From positions 489,135 to 553,134 of the forward strand of contig CAYGOD010000002.1 in NCBI GenBank assembly GCA_964351525.1: a stretch of DNA of 64,000 bases. The letters run 5' to 3'. Made by a program: the position numbers and the translations under genes. This document shows, in pieces, positions 46,217 to 57,185 of this stretch. The notes under the pieces are model-generated. The model was not told the DNA's origin, ran no database searches, and saw only the letters and a list, made by a program, of their open reading frames with translations. Source of the DNA: an uncultured Bdellovibrionales bacterium. GTDB taxonomy: Bacteria; Pseudomonadota; Alphaproteobacteria; Micavibrionales; GCA-2720935. The number at the start of each line of letters is the position of its first letter. Position 1 is the stretch's first letter.

Positions 46217-48550
46217 TTACTTCGGAGTCTTCTGCGCAGGCTTTCTTTTTGGTGTCGCTTTCTTCTGCACCTTGGCGTCTTTCGCCATAAAGGACTTAAA
46301 GTGATCAACGTCAATAACCTGACGTACCATCGCATCCACATCATTCATAGCTTTTAATTCAGCCTTTGTAATGACTTTGGCTTTAACGGCTTCGTCACGG
46401 TTAAGTGACTGGACGGTTCCAGCCTTTCTTGCCGCTTTGATTTTCTTTTCTAATGGCTCTAGCACTTCAATCGTCCCTTTAAAGGCAGCATTAAGCTTGG
46501 CCAGTGGGTCATTAGGATCGGTTGGCACATACATGCCTGCCGTTAAACGATCACGCGCAGGGCCGTCATTAAAGATTGATTGTGCAACCTTTAGGCTTAA
46601 CGCATCTGTGGGCTTTTTAGATAAAAGCGGCATATTTGACAGCTTCATCAACATACGCATCGCGAAAGAGGGGTAATTGCGTGTTAAATCCTTCATCGCA
46701 TCTTCGGCTCTATATAAGAGTGTCTCCGTTGCCCATTGTACGGTTGCAAGATCTTCTTTTGGACGACCTTGAATTTCATAGCGGCGCAAGACACATGAAG
46801 CCATGTAAAGATTACTCATCACATCACCAAAGCGCTTAGAAACATGTTCTTTCATCTTCAGCTTGCCACCCAAATGCGCAAGGGCAAGGCTGGCACAAAA
46901 GTTAAATGACGCACTTAAGCGATTAATGCGCTGATAATAACGGCTTGTGTTTTTATCATCAACTGGCGATTTGCTTAAGCGACCATTGGTGAAGCCATAG
47001 AAAACGCTGCGGAAGAAATTGGCTGTTGTGTTTGCAACCATGCCATAGAATAGCTTACCCAGACGTTTCTCATCTTTTTTCGTAATAGAATCGGCATCAC
47101 GTTGTAATTCTTTCATGATACCAGGTACATAAGGGTGCGCCATTGTTGCACCTTGACCAAAGATAAGGAGCGTGCGCGTCATGATATTTGCCCCTTCAAC
47201 GGTAATGCCGACTGGAAGGGCTTGGTAATTTGTTGCCAAATAGTTATTCGGCCCGTTACAAATGCCCTTACCTGCATGAACATCCATTGCGTCGTTCATA
47301 CCTTCACGGTTTAATTCTGTAAGATGATATTTTAGAATTGCAGAGGCCACTGAAAGGCCTTTACCTTCCAATTTTGGATCATCAAGTATCTGTAAGCTGG
47401 TTTCCAAAGTAGAATCTGCAATATATGCATTGGCGGCAATACGTGTAAGGGCTTCTTCAACACCTTCAAAAGAACCAACCGAGGCATTAAACTGACGACG
47501 TACTCGGCTATAAGCGCCCGTACTCCATGCGGCAAGTTTTAAGCCTGCTGAGCCCATAGTAGGCAATGAAATACAGCGACCAATGCCAAGACATTCCATG
47601 AGCATCTTCCAGCCTTGGCCCGCCATTTCCGCGCCGCCAATAATGTCGTCTGGTGAAATGATCACATCTTTACCCCAGTTGGGACCGTTTTGGAACGGCA
47701 CATCAACAGGGCGGTGACGATCACCAATGGTCACACCAGGTAGGGTTGTATCAATAAGGGCTGCAGTAATGCCTGGTTTTGTACCTTGACCTAATAGATT
47801 GTCAGGATCGTGTAACTGGAACGCTAATCCTAATGTTGTTGAGATCGGCCCTAACGTGATATAGCGCTTTTCCCAGTTGAGTTTAATTTTTACATCGCCA
47901 TTATCGTCTTTATAGACAAGACCGCTGGCGCTAATGCTTGTCGCATCTGATCCTGCTTTTGGTTCTGTTAAGGCAAAGGCGGGGATTTCTTCGCCTTTGG
48001 CAAGGCGCGGCAAGAAATACTCTTTTTGTTCTTTTGTCCCATAGCGGTGGATAAGCTCACCGGGTCCTAGGGAGTTGGGCACCATGATTGATACGGCAGC
48101 CGTTACCGAACGACTTGCGATTTTCTTAATGACTTGTGAGTGGGCATAGTGCGAAAAACCTAGGCCACCTTCTTTTTTAGAGATTTCCATCCCTAAGAAT
48201 TTATTTGTTTTCACAAAGTCCCATACGTCTTTGGGCATATCGGCTTCATCACTATTATTAATCGCCCACTGATCCAACATGGCACATAATTCTTCTGTCG
48301 GGCCATTAATAAAGTCTTTTTCAGCCTTTGTTAATTTTGGTTTTGGCAGATCTTTTAAAATTGTATCGAAATTAGGCTTGCCTGTGAATAGTTCAGCTTC
48401 AAAACCAACGGCACCAGCTTCTAGGGCTATGGCTTCTGATTTAGACAAGGGGGGCATCATCGATTTTAGAGCCTCACGACGCGTGCCCTGACTAAATAGT
48501 TTTAGTAAGTTAAGTGCTGGATTGGTTTTCTTCTTTTTCGGTGTAGCCAT
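46217..48550 (-). CDS. fadE: large acyl-CoA dehydrogenase (FadE type)
   Basis: 777 aa. FadE-like N-terminal region, ACAD core (FALTEPKAGSDA, GQGWKMLMECL) and a long C-terminal helical domain. Extra basic tail. Confidence 0.85.
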   Translation of the reverse strand: MATPKKKKTNPALNLLKLFSQGTRREALKSMMPPLSKSEAIALEAGAVGFEAELFTGKPNFDTILKDLPKPKLTKAEKDFINGPTEELCAMLDQWAINNSDEADMPKDVWDFVKTNKFLGMEISKKEGGLGFSHYAHSQVIKKIASRSVTAAVSIMVPNSLGPGELIHRYGTKEQKEYFLPRLAKGEEIPAFALTEPKAGSDATSISASGLVYKDDNGDVKIKLNWEKRYITLGPISTTLGLAFQLHDPDNLLGQGTKPGITAALIDTTLPGVTIGDRHRPVDVPFQNGPNWGKDVIISPDDIIGGAEMAGQGWKMLMECLGIGRCISLPTMGSAGLKLAAWSTGAYSRVRRQFNASVGSFEGVEEALTRIAANAYIADSTLETSLQILDDPKLEGKGLSVASAILKYHLTELNREGMNDAMDVHAGKGICNGPNNYLATNYQALPVGITVEGANIMTRTLLIFGQGATMAHPYVPGIMKELQRDADSITKKDEKRLGKLFYGMVANTTANFFRSVFYGFTNGRLSKSPVDDKNTSRYYQRINRLSASFNFCASLALAHLGGKLKMKEHVSKRFGDVMSNLYMASCVLRRYEIQGRPKEDLATVQWATETLLYRAEDAMKDLTRNYPSFAMRMLMKLSNMPLLSKKPTDALSLKVAQSIFNDGPARDRLTAGMYVPTDPNDPLAKLNAAFKGTIEVLEPLEKKIKAARKAGTVQSLNRDEAVKAKVITKAELKAMNDVDAMVRQVIDVDHFKSFMAKDAKVQKKATPKRKPAQKTPK

Positions 48551-48726
48551 TATTATTGTCCCTCATTCTGACGTGTTTTTTTATTTATATTAATAAGATA
48601 GGGTGATTGCCCATATCAGACAAGATTATTTGAATGAAAATGTCGTATTTTTATATGAACTTGACATAAAGAAATAATTCTTTAAAAATAAGACATCAAA
48701 ATACATATCTAATAAGGATAAAGCCC

Positions 48727-49203
48727 ATGTCAAATGCCCCTGTCGTAGAAACAAAAACATACGCCTTTATGATGATCCGTGGTCTAAGAGATGATCGTCA
48801 CGTTGTCGAAGTGAAAAGCCGTCGGGTAAAAAAACTGCTAAATGATCCAGCTTTAAAAAAATATGTAGATCACTGTATCGGGTTTAGCTTCTTTACAGTG
48901 GAACAAGTTAATGTTGATGGTAAGGCTTACACGGGTGAGACTAAGCACGATAAAAAAACATATTTTATTGCCGATATATATAAGAAGGCTGCTATATTGA
49001 AAAAAGATGGAAGCCTAGCTGAACGTGCGCGCATTAATTGGTATGATAAAACGCATGTATTCGTTACTAAAGATGGTGCAATTACTGCATTTCATAGGTC
49101 AGATAAAAATCTAGTCGTGTTAACCCCAAACACGTTAGAGCAGATTTTTCCAGCTAAATCATCACCGAAGAAAACGCCTAAAAATAGATTCGCGCCTTCC
49201 TAA
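48727..49203 (+). CDS. hypothetical protein
   Basis: 158 aa. AAGGA Shine-Dalgarno upstream. Basic soluble protein with no family recognised. Confidence 0.55.
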   Translation: MSNAPVVETKTYAFMMIRGLRDDRHVVEVKSRRVKKLLNDPALKKYVDHCIGFSFFTVEQVNVDGKAYTGETKHDKKTYFIADIYKKAAILKKDGSLAERARINWYDKTHVFVTKDGAITAFHRSDKNLVVLTPNTLEQIFPAKSSPKKTPKNRFAPS

Positions 49204-49211
49204 AATATGGC

Positions 49212-49700
49212 TTAATTAAAAGCCCTTGGCTTTGCTTGAGGATTTATTTTTACTTGATCTTGATAATTCCTGGCATTGTCGCTAATTTTTTGCCATGTGC
49301 TACGGTCTATCAAATTATCACGTAGATCATTTGCACGTTCTATTTTCTTCTTAAAATGTCTACGAGCACCAATATTGGCTATAATTGATAGGGTGAATAT
49401 GCCGACTAACACTGTATCTAGAGAGATAAAGTTTCCATTAGAAATATCTTTGGCGGCATCATCCGCAAACGCAACAATAAAGATAAGCGGTATAGCAAAG
49501 CTCTCTACTTTTTTGCTTCTTTCTTTTTTAACCTCTTGAACATTTTGGCGTTGTTCAGAATCTGTATCGGCTTTTTTTGTCTCTTTATAAAGATTTCTAT
49601 AGGCCTTGAATGCTTGGTTTTTGTTCAAACCAAGGGCGTTGAAATATGCCTTTAAGTGCGGATTGTTATTAATATGCGTGTTGCATTGCTGTTTGTTCAC
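49212..49700 (-). CDS. hypothetical two-TM protein (tandem paralogue B)
   Basis: 162 aa. Shares N-terminal MNKxQxNxxIxxxPHxxxYFNALGxxKN, two central hydrophobic segments and C-terminal DNxIxRxTWxxIxxxARNY with the upstream gene. Confidence 0.6.
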   Translation of the reverse strand: MNKQQCNTHINNNPHLKAYFNALGLNKNQAFKAYRNLYKETKKADTDSEQRQNVQEVKKERSKKVESFAIPLIFIVAFADDAAKDISNGNFISLDTVLVGIFTLSIIANIGARRHFKKKIERANDLRDNLIDRSTWQKISDNARNYQDQVKINPQAKPRAFN

Positions 49701-49716
49701 GATTTTATCCTTTAGT

Positions 49717-50205
49717 TTAACTATTAATCAATGGTTGTGGCATGGCTGAACGATCTTTTGCTATGGCGGCTTTATAGTTACGCGCCTTGCGTCCAATCAT
49801 ATCCCATGTTTCACGTTCAATATAATTATCATGGCTTGCCGCCGCGCTTTTGAATTCTTTTTTATAGGAAGAGCTAATAGCAGCAAAGACGCCAAGGCAG
49901 AGTAGGTTCATGCCAATTAACGCTATGTTGATAACTCCCGTTTCTGCTTTCGATGAAACCGCGGCGGTCGTATTAACAAGAGTTATTGCAGCCCACATTA
50001 AAGCGAGGCTTTGATTGACCCGCATTGCTTTTTTTTTGGTTTTTGATGGCGCTTGTTTTTCTTGTGCTTCATCTGTCAAGCTCGTCTGATTTCGTGCAAC
50101 GGCGTACGCGCCATAATGTCTGTTTTTTTTAAAGCCAAGAGCATTAAAATAATCGATAATATGTGGCTTGTCCGATATGTATGCGTTGAATTGTTTTTTG
50201 TTCAT
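49717..50205 (-). CDS. hypothetical two-TM protein (tandem paralogue A)
   Basis: Start taken at the second ATG (MNKKQFNAY), which has a GGGGGA Shine-Dalgarno 6 nt upstream and matches the paralogue. This gives 162 aa, the same length as the paralogue. Confidence 0.6.
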   Translation of the reverse strand: MNKKQFNAYISDKPHIIDYFNALGFKKNRHYGAYAVARNQTSLTDEAQEKQAPSKTKKKAMRVNQSLALMWAAITLVNTTAAVSSKAETGVINIALIGMNLLCLGVFAAISSSYKKEFKSAAASHDNYIERETWDMIGRKARNYKAAIAKDRSAMPQPLINS

Positions 50206-50242
50206 GGCCATCCCCCATATGTGTCATAAATTTATATTGACG

Positions 50243-50271
50243 AAAATATACATATTATGACAAAAAGTCAA
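50243..50271 (-). promoter_or_regulatory. putative promoter of the tandem paralogue pair
   Basis: Minus strand TTGACT (50271-50266), 17 nt, TATTTT (50248-50243), about 35 nt upstream of the start. Confidence 0.3.
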
Positions 50272-50284
50272 GGTGTTTTATTGA

Positions 50285-50311
50285 TCTAAAGCACTTGTTT
50301 GGTGCTTTAGA
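50285..50311 (-). other. perfect 10-bp stem-loop immediately after the ABC ATPase stop
   Basis: TCTAAAGCAC / GTGCTTTAGA with a 7-nt loop, 3 nt from the stop codon (50315-50317). There is no U-tract on the minus strand (a T-run exists only on the plus side), so it may act as a terminator, a stabiliser or a processing site. Confidence 0.4.
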
Positions 50312-50314
50312 ATT

Positions 50315-51283
50315 TTATGCCTGGGCTTTTTTAGCTTTTGCGTCATCGGCGCGTGTGAGGGATAGGAATACGTCTTCAAGATCTGCGTCATGGGTGGCGA
50401 TATCTTTGATAGTGATTTTCTCTTGTGCCAAATCTTTTAAAATTTGATCGAAGGATGTTTTACTGGGTCTGTATTTCAGGCGTAGGGATGTGTCGTCAAC
50501 CATTTCCGCTTCATAAGATTTAAGCGTTGTAGGGATTGTTTTAAGGGGATGATCAAGAGTAACAATAATTTCCTTAGCATCAAATAAGCCGAGGAGGTTT
50601 TCTTTACTATCACAGGTGATCAATTCGCCATGATTAATGATGGCGATTGTGTCGCATAATTCTTGGGCTTCTTCTAAATAATGTGTTGTTAGAATAATGG
50701 TAACACCCATGGCATTTAATTTGCGGACATTATCCCATAATTGTTGGCGTAATTCGATATCAACGCCGGCTGTTGGTTCATCTAAAACTAAGATGGGCGG
50801 ATTATGAACCATGGCTTTTGCAACCATCAAACGGCGGCGCATACCACCAGACAGGCGGCGGGCATAGGTTTGTGCCTTGTCAGATAGTCCAACTAGTTCG
50901 AGGAGTTCTTTGGTGCGACGGTCTTTTGATCTTACACCATAGAGGCCAGCTTGGAGATCTAGCGCATCTTCGGGAGTGAAGAACGCATCTAGATTTAACT
51001 CTTGCGGGACAATCCCGATGGCGGCCTTTGCTTGGCGTGTGTTTTTAATAATATCATGCCCCCAGATTTTGGCTTCACCCGATGTTTTATTGACCAATCC
51101 AGCCAAGATATTGATCAAGGTAGATTTTCCCGCACCATTGGGGCCCAATAACGCAAAAATTGACCCACGTTTGATCTTCAGCGTGATATTTTTTAACGCA
51201 TGTTTATCCGGGTCCTTACCGCCTTTATATATCTTGTTTAGATTCTTAATATCGATGGCGTAATCGGGGTAATTTTCACTCAT
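50315..51283 (-). CDS. ABC transporter ATP-binding protein (ABC-2/YadG-like exporter ATPase)
   Basis: 322 aa. Walker A GPNGAGKST, signature LSGGMRRR, Walker B ILVLDEPT, and a C-terminal regulatory domain typical of DrrA/YadG-type ATPases. Confidence 0.85.
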   Translation of the reverse strand: MSENYPDYAIDIKNLNKIYKGGKDPDKHALKNITLKIKRGSIFALLGPNGAGKSTLINILAGLVNKTSGEAKIWGHDIIKNTRQAKAAIGIVPQELNLDAFFTPEDALDLQAGLYGVRSKDRRTKELLELVGLSDKAQTYARRLSGGMRRRLMVAKAMVHNPPILVLDEPTAGVDIELRQQLWDNVRKLNAMGVTIILTTHYLEEAQELCDTIAIINHGELITCDSKENLLGLFDAKEIIVTLDHPLKTIPTTLKSYEAEMVDDTSLRLKYRPSKTSFDQILKDLAQEKITIKDIATHDADLEDVFLSLTRADDAKAKKAQA

Positions 51284-51288
51284 AATAA

Positions 51289-51519
51289 TTATTCTTTTTC
51301 TGGTTTGATGTAATCTTCAAGTGGCCATTTCATAAAGGCAAACCACCAGACAGCAATGATTTGTACAAAAGGAACCAATAGTAAAAGTGACCATGCGGGG
51401 CTAAGGCCCGCACGCGCCAAAATCTTGCCGACAAGATACATCGTATAAACAATGATGATGCCAGCCAATGAATATTCTAACCATTGTGGAATGGTAAAGA
51501 GGTCATTTAGAAAGGTCAT
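51289..51519 (-). CDS. small membrane protein (tandem paralogue)
   Basis: 76 aa with two hydrophobic segments. KILARAGLSPAWSLLLLVPFVQ...KWP parallels the upstream gene. Vaguely DUF5684-like. Confidence 0.55.
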   Translation of the reverse strand: MTFLNDLFTIPQWLEYSLAGIIIVYTMYLVGKILARAGLSPAWSLLLLVPFVQIIAVWWFAFMKWPLEDYIKPEKE

Positions 51520-51756
51520 TTATAGGTCCTCTTCTGATGTCATATTATTCATGATCGGCCATGCTTTGTGCCCGATAAACGCAATCGTAACAAGCCATCC
51601 AACATAGGGGATTAATGCCGGTAATAAATAGGCTGGGTTTAATCCAACACGTTTAATAATTTTATATAAAGGGTACGCAATGAATGCAACAAAGATAAAA
51701 TACTTAAGCATCGGGTCGGTTATGAGAGAGTTCTCATTGGGCCAGTTTTCAAACAT
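51520..51756 (-). CDS. small membrane protein (tandem paralogue)
   Basis: 78 aa. KIIKRVGLNPAYLLPALIPYVG...KAWP. Its stop abuts the next gene's start. Confidence 0.55.
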   Translation of the reverse strand: MFENWPNENSLITDPMLKYFIFVAFIAYPLYKIIKRVGLNPAYLLPALIPYVGWLVTIAFIGHKAWPIMNNMTSEEDL

Positions 51757-51761
51757 GCCGA

Positions 51762-52778
51762 TTAAATCCTTTTAATTTGGTGAAGAATGACAGCCATGAT
51801 TGCCACCAATATGAAAGCACCCGCTTGATGCATTGCCGCAACAGGGATGGCAACATGGGATAAAAGCGTAACAATGCCTAAGCTCATTTGGATAAGTACC
51901 ATTGCGCCCAACGCCATGAACCACTTACTTTCGGTAAAACGATGGAGTGACCAAGCCAGAACGAGACCAACCGTGACATAAGCAAGAATACGGTGGCTAA
52001 ATTGGATCATAGCGTGATTTTCAAAGAAGTTTGCAATGATTGGTGTTAATTGAAAGGCTTCTGCGGGCATCCAAGTGTCACCCATTTTCGGGAAACTGTT
52101 ATAGATAAGACCCGAATCTGTTCCTGCCACAAACGCACCCCATACAACTGTTAAGCTAATTGAGAGGAGACATAAAATGCCAAAGCCCACGCCTTGATGG
52201 CGGATTTTACTTTTATAATCTAAACAATCAAGAGCAACCCAAATCAGGGCAAAGAAAATGACAAAGGCCAAGCCCAAATGCGCGGCGAGGCGATAATGGC
52301 TAACCGATGGAATATCTGCTAAACCAGACATCACCATGTACCATCCCATAACGGCTTGACACGCACCAAGGAATAAAAGCCCCAATAGCTTTGGCTTTAA
52401 ATTTAGTGCGCTTGTGTCTTTGAAATAGCCGCGCGCCCAGAAAATAACCATTGGTACAAAATAGACCATACCAATCAAGCGCCCCCAAAAGCGGTGGAAC
52501 CACTCCCAAAAGAAAATATATTGGAATTCATCCAAAGACATGCCTGTATTTTTATGTTGATATTCCGCTGTGCCACGATAAAGATCAAAAACACGCTGCC
52601 ATTCGGCCTCTGTTAAGGGGGGTAGAGCCCCAACAAGGGGGCGCCATTCAACCATGGATAAACCACTTTCGGTAAGGCGTGTAATAGCCCCGATGACTGC
52701 CATCGCGAATACGAAGCCCGCGGTGGTGATGAGCCAAATACCGACAGGCTTTAAAGATTTTTGTGTTGTATATGTCAT
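51762..52778 (-). CDS. ctaA: heme A synthase (COX15/CtaA)
   Basis: Start taken at MTYTTQKSLKPVGIWL (ATG 52778). ITRLTESGLSMVEWRP and HR..A motifs, 8 hydrophobic segments. The 67-codon upstream extension looks non-coding. Confidence 0.85.
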   Translation of the reverse strand: MTYTTQKSLKPVGIWLITTAGFVFAMAVIGAITRLTESGLSMVEWRPLVGALPPLTEAEWQRVFDLYRGTAEYQHKNTGMSLDEFQYIFFWEWFHRFWGRLIGMVYFVPMVIFWARGYFKDTSALNLKPKLLGLLFLGACQAVMGWYMVMSGLADIPSVSHYRLAAHLGLAFVIFFALIWVALDCLDYKSKIRHQGVGFGILCLLSISLTVVWGAFVAGTDSGLIYNSFPKMGDTWMPAEAFQLTPIIANFFENHAMIQFSHRILAYVTVGLVLAWSLHRFTESKWFMALGAMVLIQMSLGIVTLLSHVAIPVAAMHQAGAFILVAIMAVILHQIKRI

Positions 52779-52870
52779 GTGATTTTTATCTTTTTTGGTG
52801 CAATTTTCTCTCAATATGATAGTCAATATACGGTAATTAGGAATAACTTCAATATGAGAGATGTAAAAAT

Positions 52871-54642
<1,772 letters not shown>

Positions 54643-54705
54643 ATACTTATCAACGAAATCTTGCTATCATAAAGGGCATAAAATTATTGGGGGGTGTAAG
54701 ATCAT

Positions 54706-55605
54706 ATGAGCGATATTCAAGAAAAGTCACCAGAATCGGATGTTCCAAATTTAGATGTGAAAGCTTTGGCCAAAGAGGCGTTGAAAAAACGTTATCCTGT
54801 TAATGCTGGCGCTTGTGCTGGCTTTGCGTATGGATTTTTCTTTAAGAATATTATTTTCTCATTACGTCTTATTGTTCCTTATATTCTTATCTTTATTGGG
54901 GCTGAGGTCTTGTTCAGCTCTTACTTAGAGGCCAACACGCTCAATATGCATACATTGATGCATCATGCTCTTATCTATTTGATCATGGGATGGATGATTT
55001 TTGGGATTTCTCGCCGCGTGCTTCTGGAAGAACGCTTATCCAATCTAAAATTTGGTGAAATATTTGGCGGCGACCGTATGGCCGCTTTGATCAATGCGAT
55101 GATAGTTTTTTGTATGGCTGGATTGGCGGTTGATTATTCAAATCAAGAACTGATGGCGACAATGCTTGATGGCGGCGTTCATAAGGGCAATTTATTGCTT
55201 GTACTCATTTATACTTATGCGATTTCAATTTTCTATATGGTTGGGTTTTTGGCGATTGCTCTGGGGGCAGAGGCCAAACCGCTCTCTTATCTTTATCGTT
55301 GTTTTAGTCCTCTATATTTAACCAAGATATTCATTTTGTGGCTTGTTTGCGCGTTACCTGTTTTGGCTATTTATTACGCGATTAATTTCTTTGTTGTTTT
55401 AGGCGGGGATTTTGATTTGGCAGAACAGCTTATGAACCGCCAAGGGTTTGTTGATATGCTCGCTTATGCGATTACAAGTGCGATTTCATTCATCATTTTT
55501 GCCGCTGCCTTTGTAAAGACAACTGAAAATTTCCTTTTATTTTCTGGTAAGAAACGGTTAAAAAAGAATGATGATCAGACCCCTATAGTGGCTTCAAGCA
55601 AATAA
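54706..55605 (+). CDS. hypothetical polytopic membrane protein
   Basis: 299 aa. GGGGGG Shine-Dalgarno-like run upstream. About 6 hydrophobic segments. No family recognised. Confidence 0.65.
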   Translation: MSDIQEKSPESDVPNLDVKALAKEALKKRYPVNAGACAGFAYGFFFKNIIFSLRLIVPYILIFIGAEVLFSSYLEANTLNMHTLMHHALIYLIMGWMIFGISRRVLLEERLSNLKFGEIFGGDRMAALINAMIVFCMAGLAVDYSNQELMATMLDGGVHKGNLLLVLIYTYAISIFYMVGFLAIALGAEAKPLSYLYRCFSPLYLTKIFILWLVCALPVLAIYYAINFFVVLGGDFDLAEQLMNRQGFVDMLAYAITSAISFIIFAAAFVKTTENFLLFSGKKRLKKNDDQTPIVASSK

Positions 55606-55617
55606 AGGATAAATATC

Positions 55618-56466
55618 GTGGCTAAATTTAATGTATTTGATGCAACCAAAAAAGGCTTTGTCTATAGCTATGAAAATATTGTTTCATTGGCCAAGCAAGC
55701 CATAGTGCCTTTTGTTTTTCATCTGGCGGGCTTTTCGTTGTTGATCCGCAATGTGACCTTTAATCCGGATGTTCCCGAAGGCACTAATCCGATGATGTAT
55801 GATGTTAATCTTGAATTTATTATTGGGCTTGTTTTATTGGTTATTGGCACGATCACGATAACATTTTTATTCACAGATCAAGCGCGTAATATCTTGCTTA
55901 AGGAAGAAAATTCATCGTTTTGGGATGGGGTGATGACTAAAAAAGAAGGTGCTGAAGTGACAGTTGTTTCACCGTCTTTGGTCTCTAAAATAACCTCCTT
56001 TATTAAAACGCCTTATGGTTTAGCGGCCAGTATTTTTATCGGTTATCTGATCGTCCGTAATAGCACAAACCAAGTCCTTGCTTTAATTGCGCCTTTTTTA
56101 AATCAGTATGTTGCGATTGTTTTATTGATTGTAAATGCATTATTTCTATTGTGGCTTATTCGTTTTGGTGTGGCGCATATACCCGCGGCAATCGGTTATC
56201 CAATTAAAGATTTTATCGCCAAGGTTAAGGGGGTTAAATTCTCTTTTTATCTTATCTTTTTGATGGCGGCAACCCTCATTCCTACGCTTGGTTTGGGATT
56301 TGTGTTCATTGCCATCATTATTGAAGTCTGTAATGCGCTTCATGTACCAACGGATTTTTCTGTTGGTGCAGCGGGCGCACTTTTATATGTTTCGGCAATG
56401 ATTGTTCTCAATGCGGCCTCGATTTTTGCCCTTGATGAGGTCATGAAAGCCAAAGATGATGAGTGA
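55618..56466 (+). CDS. hypothetical polytopic membrane protein (possible distant paralogue of 54706-55605)
   Basis: 282 aa. GTG start with an AAAGGA Shine-Dalgarno 8 nt upstream. About 6 hydrophobic segments. N-terminal GFVYSYENIVSLAKQAIVPFV resembles GFAYGFFFKNIIFSLRLIVPYI of the upstream gene. Confidence 0.65.
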   Translation: MAKFNVFDATKKGFVYSYENIVSLAKQAIVPFVFHLAGFSLLIRNVTFNPDVPEGTNPMMYDVNLEFIIGLVLLVIGTITITFLFTDQARNILLKEENSSFWDGVMTKKEGAEVTVVSPSLVSKITSFIKTPYGLAASIFIGYLIVRNSTNQVLALIAPFLNQYVAIVLLIVNALFLLWLIRFGVAHIPAAIGYPIKDFIAKVKGVKFSFYLIFLMAATLIPTLGLGFVFIAIIIEVCNALHVPTDFSVGAAGALLYVSAMIVLNAASIFALDEVMKAKDDE

Positions 56467-56785
56467 TGACCTTCATATCATTGTTACCGATCGTTCTGGA
56501 GATGTTCATACACTAGATGCTGTTGAGGGATGGCGTGTAATGGAAATTATCCGCGATCACGGTCTACCAATTAAAGCAGAATGCGGTGGTTGTTGCGCTT
56601 GTGCGACTTGTCATGTTTATCTGGATGCGGATTGGCAAGAAAAACTTAGTGAGATGACAGATGAAGAAGAAGATATGCTGGATGAAGCCTTTTTCATTCA
56701 AGATAATTCACGCCTATCCTGTCAATTAATTTTCTGCGAAGCCTTGAACGGCCTAAAACTTACCCTCGCACCTGAGGCAGATTAA
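56456..56785 (+). CDS. 2Fe-2S ferredoxin (adrenodoxin/putidaredoxin type)
   Basis: 109 aa. Cluster ligands in AECGGCCACATCHVYL and SRLSCQ. The start overlaps the upstream gene by 11 nt. Confidence 0.85.
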   Translation: MMSDDLHIIVTDRSGDVHTLDAVEGWRVMEIIRDHGLPIKAECGGCCACATCHVYLDADWQEKLSEMTDEEEDMLDEAFFIQDNSRLSCQLIFCEALNGLKLTLAPEAD

Positions 56786-56787
56786 GC

Positions 56788-57054
56788 CTAGTGCAATAAC
56801 AAATCAGCATCTATATTTTGCCAGCTTGTTGGTTTTATGATTTCTGCGTGACAATAACGCACAGAATGTAATTTTGCCTCTAGCTTTGATGTCCAAAAAT
56901 CTAAAAATCCTTTGAGTTCAGGAAAGTAAGGCGCAAGATCAAGGTCTTGCCAGACATAGCTTTGGATTAATTTTGGGTAATCAGGCATGTGATAGAAGAT
57001 CTCAGCGGTGGTGAGACGATAATTATTGAGCTGTTTTTCAAAATCTTGCATCAT
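56788..57054 (-). CDS. Usg family protein
   Basis: 88 aa. LTTAEIFYHMPDYPKLIQSYVWQDLDLAPYFPEL..FLDFW matches the alphaproteobacterial Usg-like family pattern. Confidence 0.7.
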   Translation of the reverse strand: MMQDFEKQLNNYRLTTAEIFYHMPDYPKLIQSYVWQDLDLAPYFPELKGFLDFWTSKLEAKLHSVRYCHAEIIKPTSWQNIDADLLLH

Positions 57055-57156
57055 TTTATATCCTTATTTTATTTTACCATACTGAATCTATAGAAAATCT
57101 TAATAAAAATTCATAGAAATGGGTTGAAATAGGGATTTTTTAGGATATATTAGGGA

Positions 57157-57185
57157 TTGAAAATAGCCAGAAATGCCCACTATAT
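57157..57185 (+). promoter_or_regulatory. putative sigma32 (RpoH)-type heat-shock promoter of groESL
   Basis: TTGAAA (57157-57162), 13 nt, CCCACTATAT (57176-57185), compared with the consensus TTGAAA-N13-15-CCCCATNT. A second TTGAAA box lies at 57124-57129. Confidence 0.45.
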
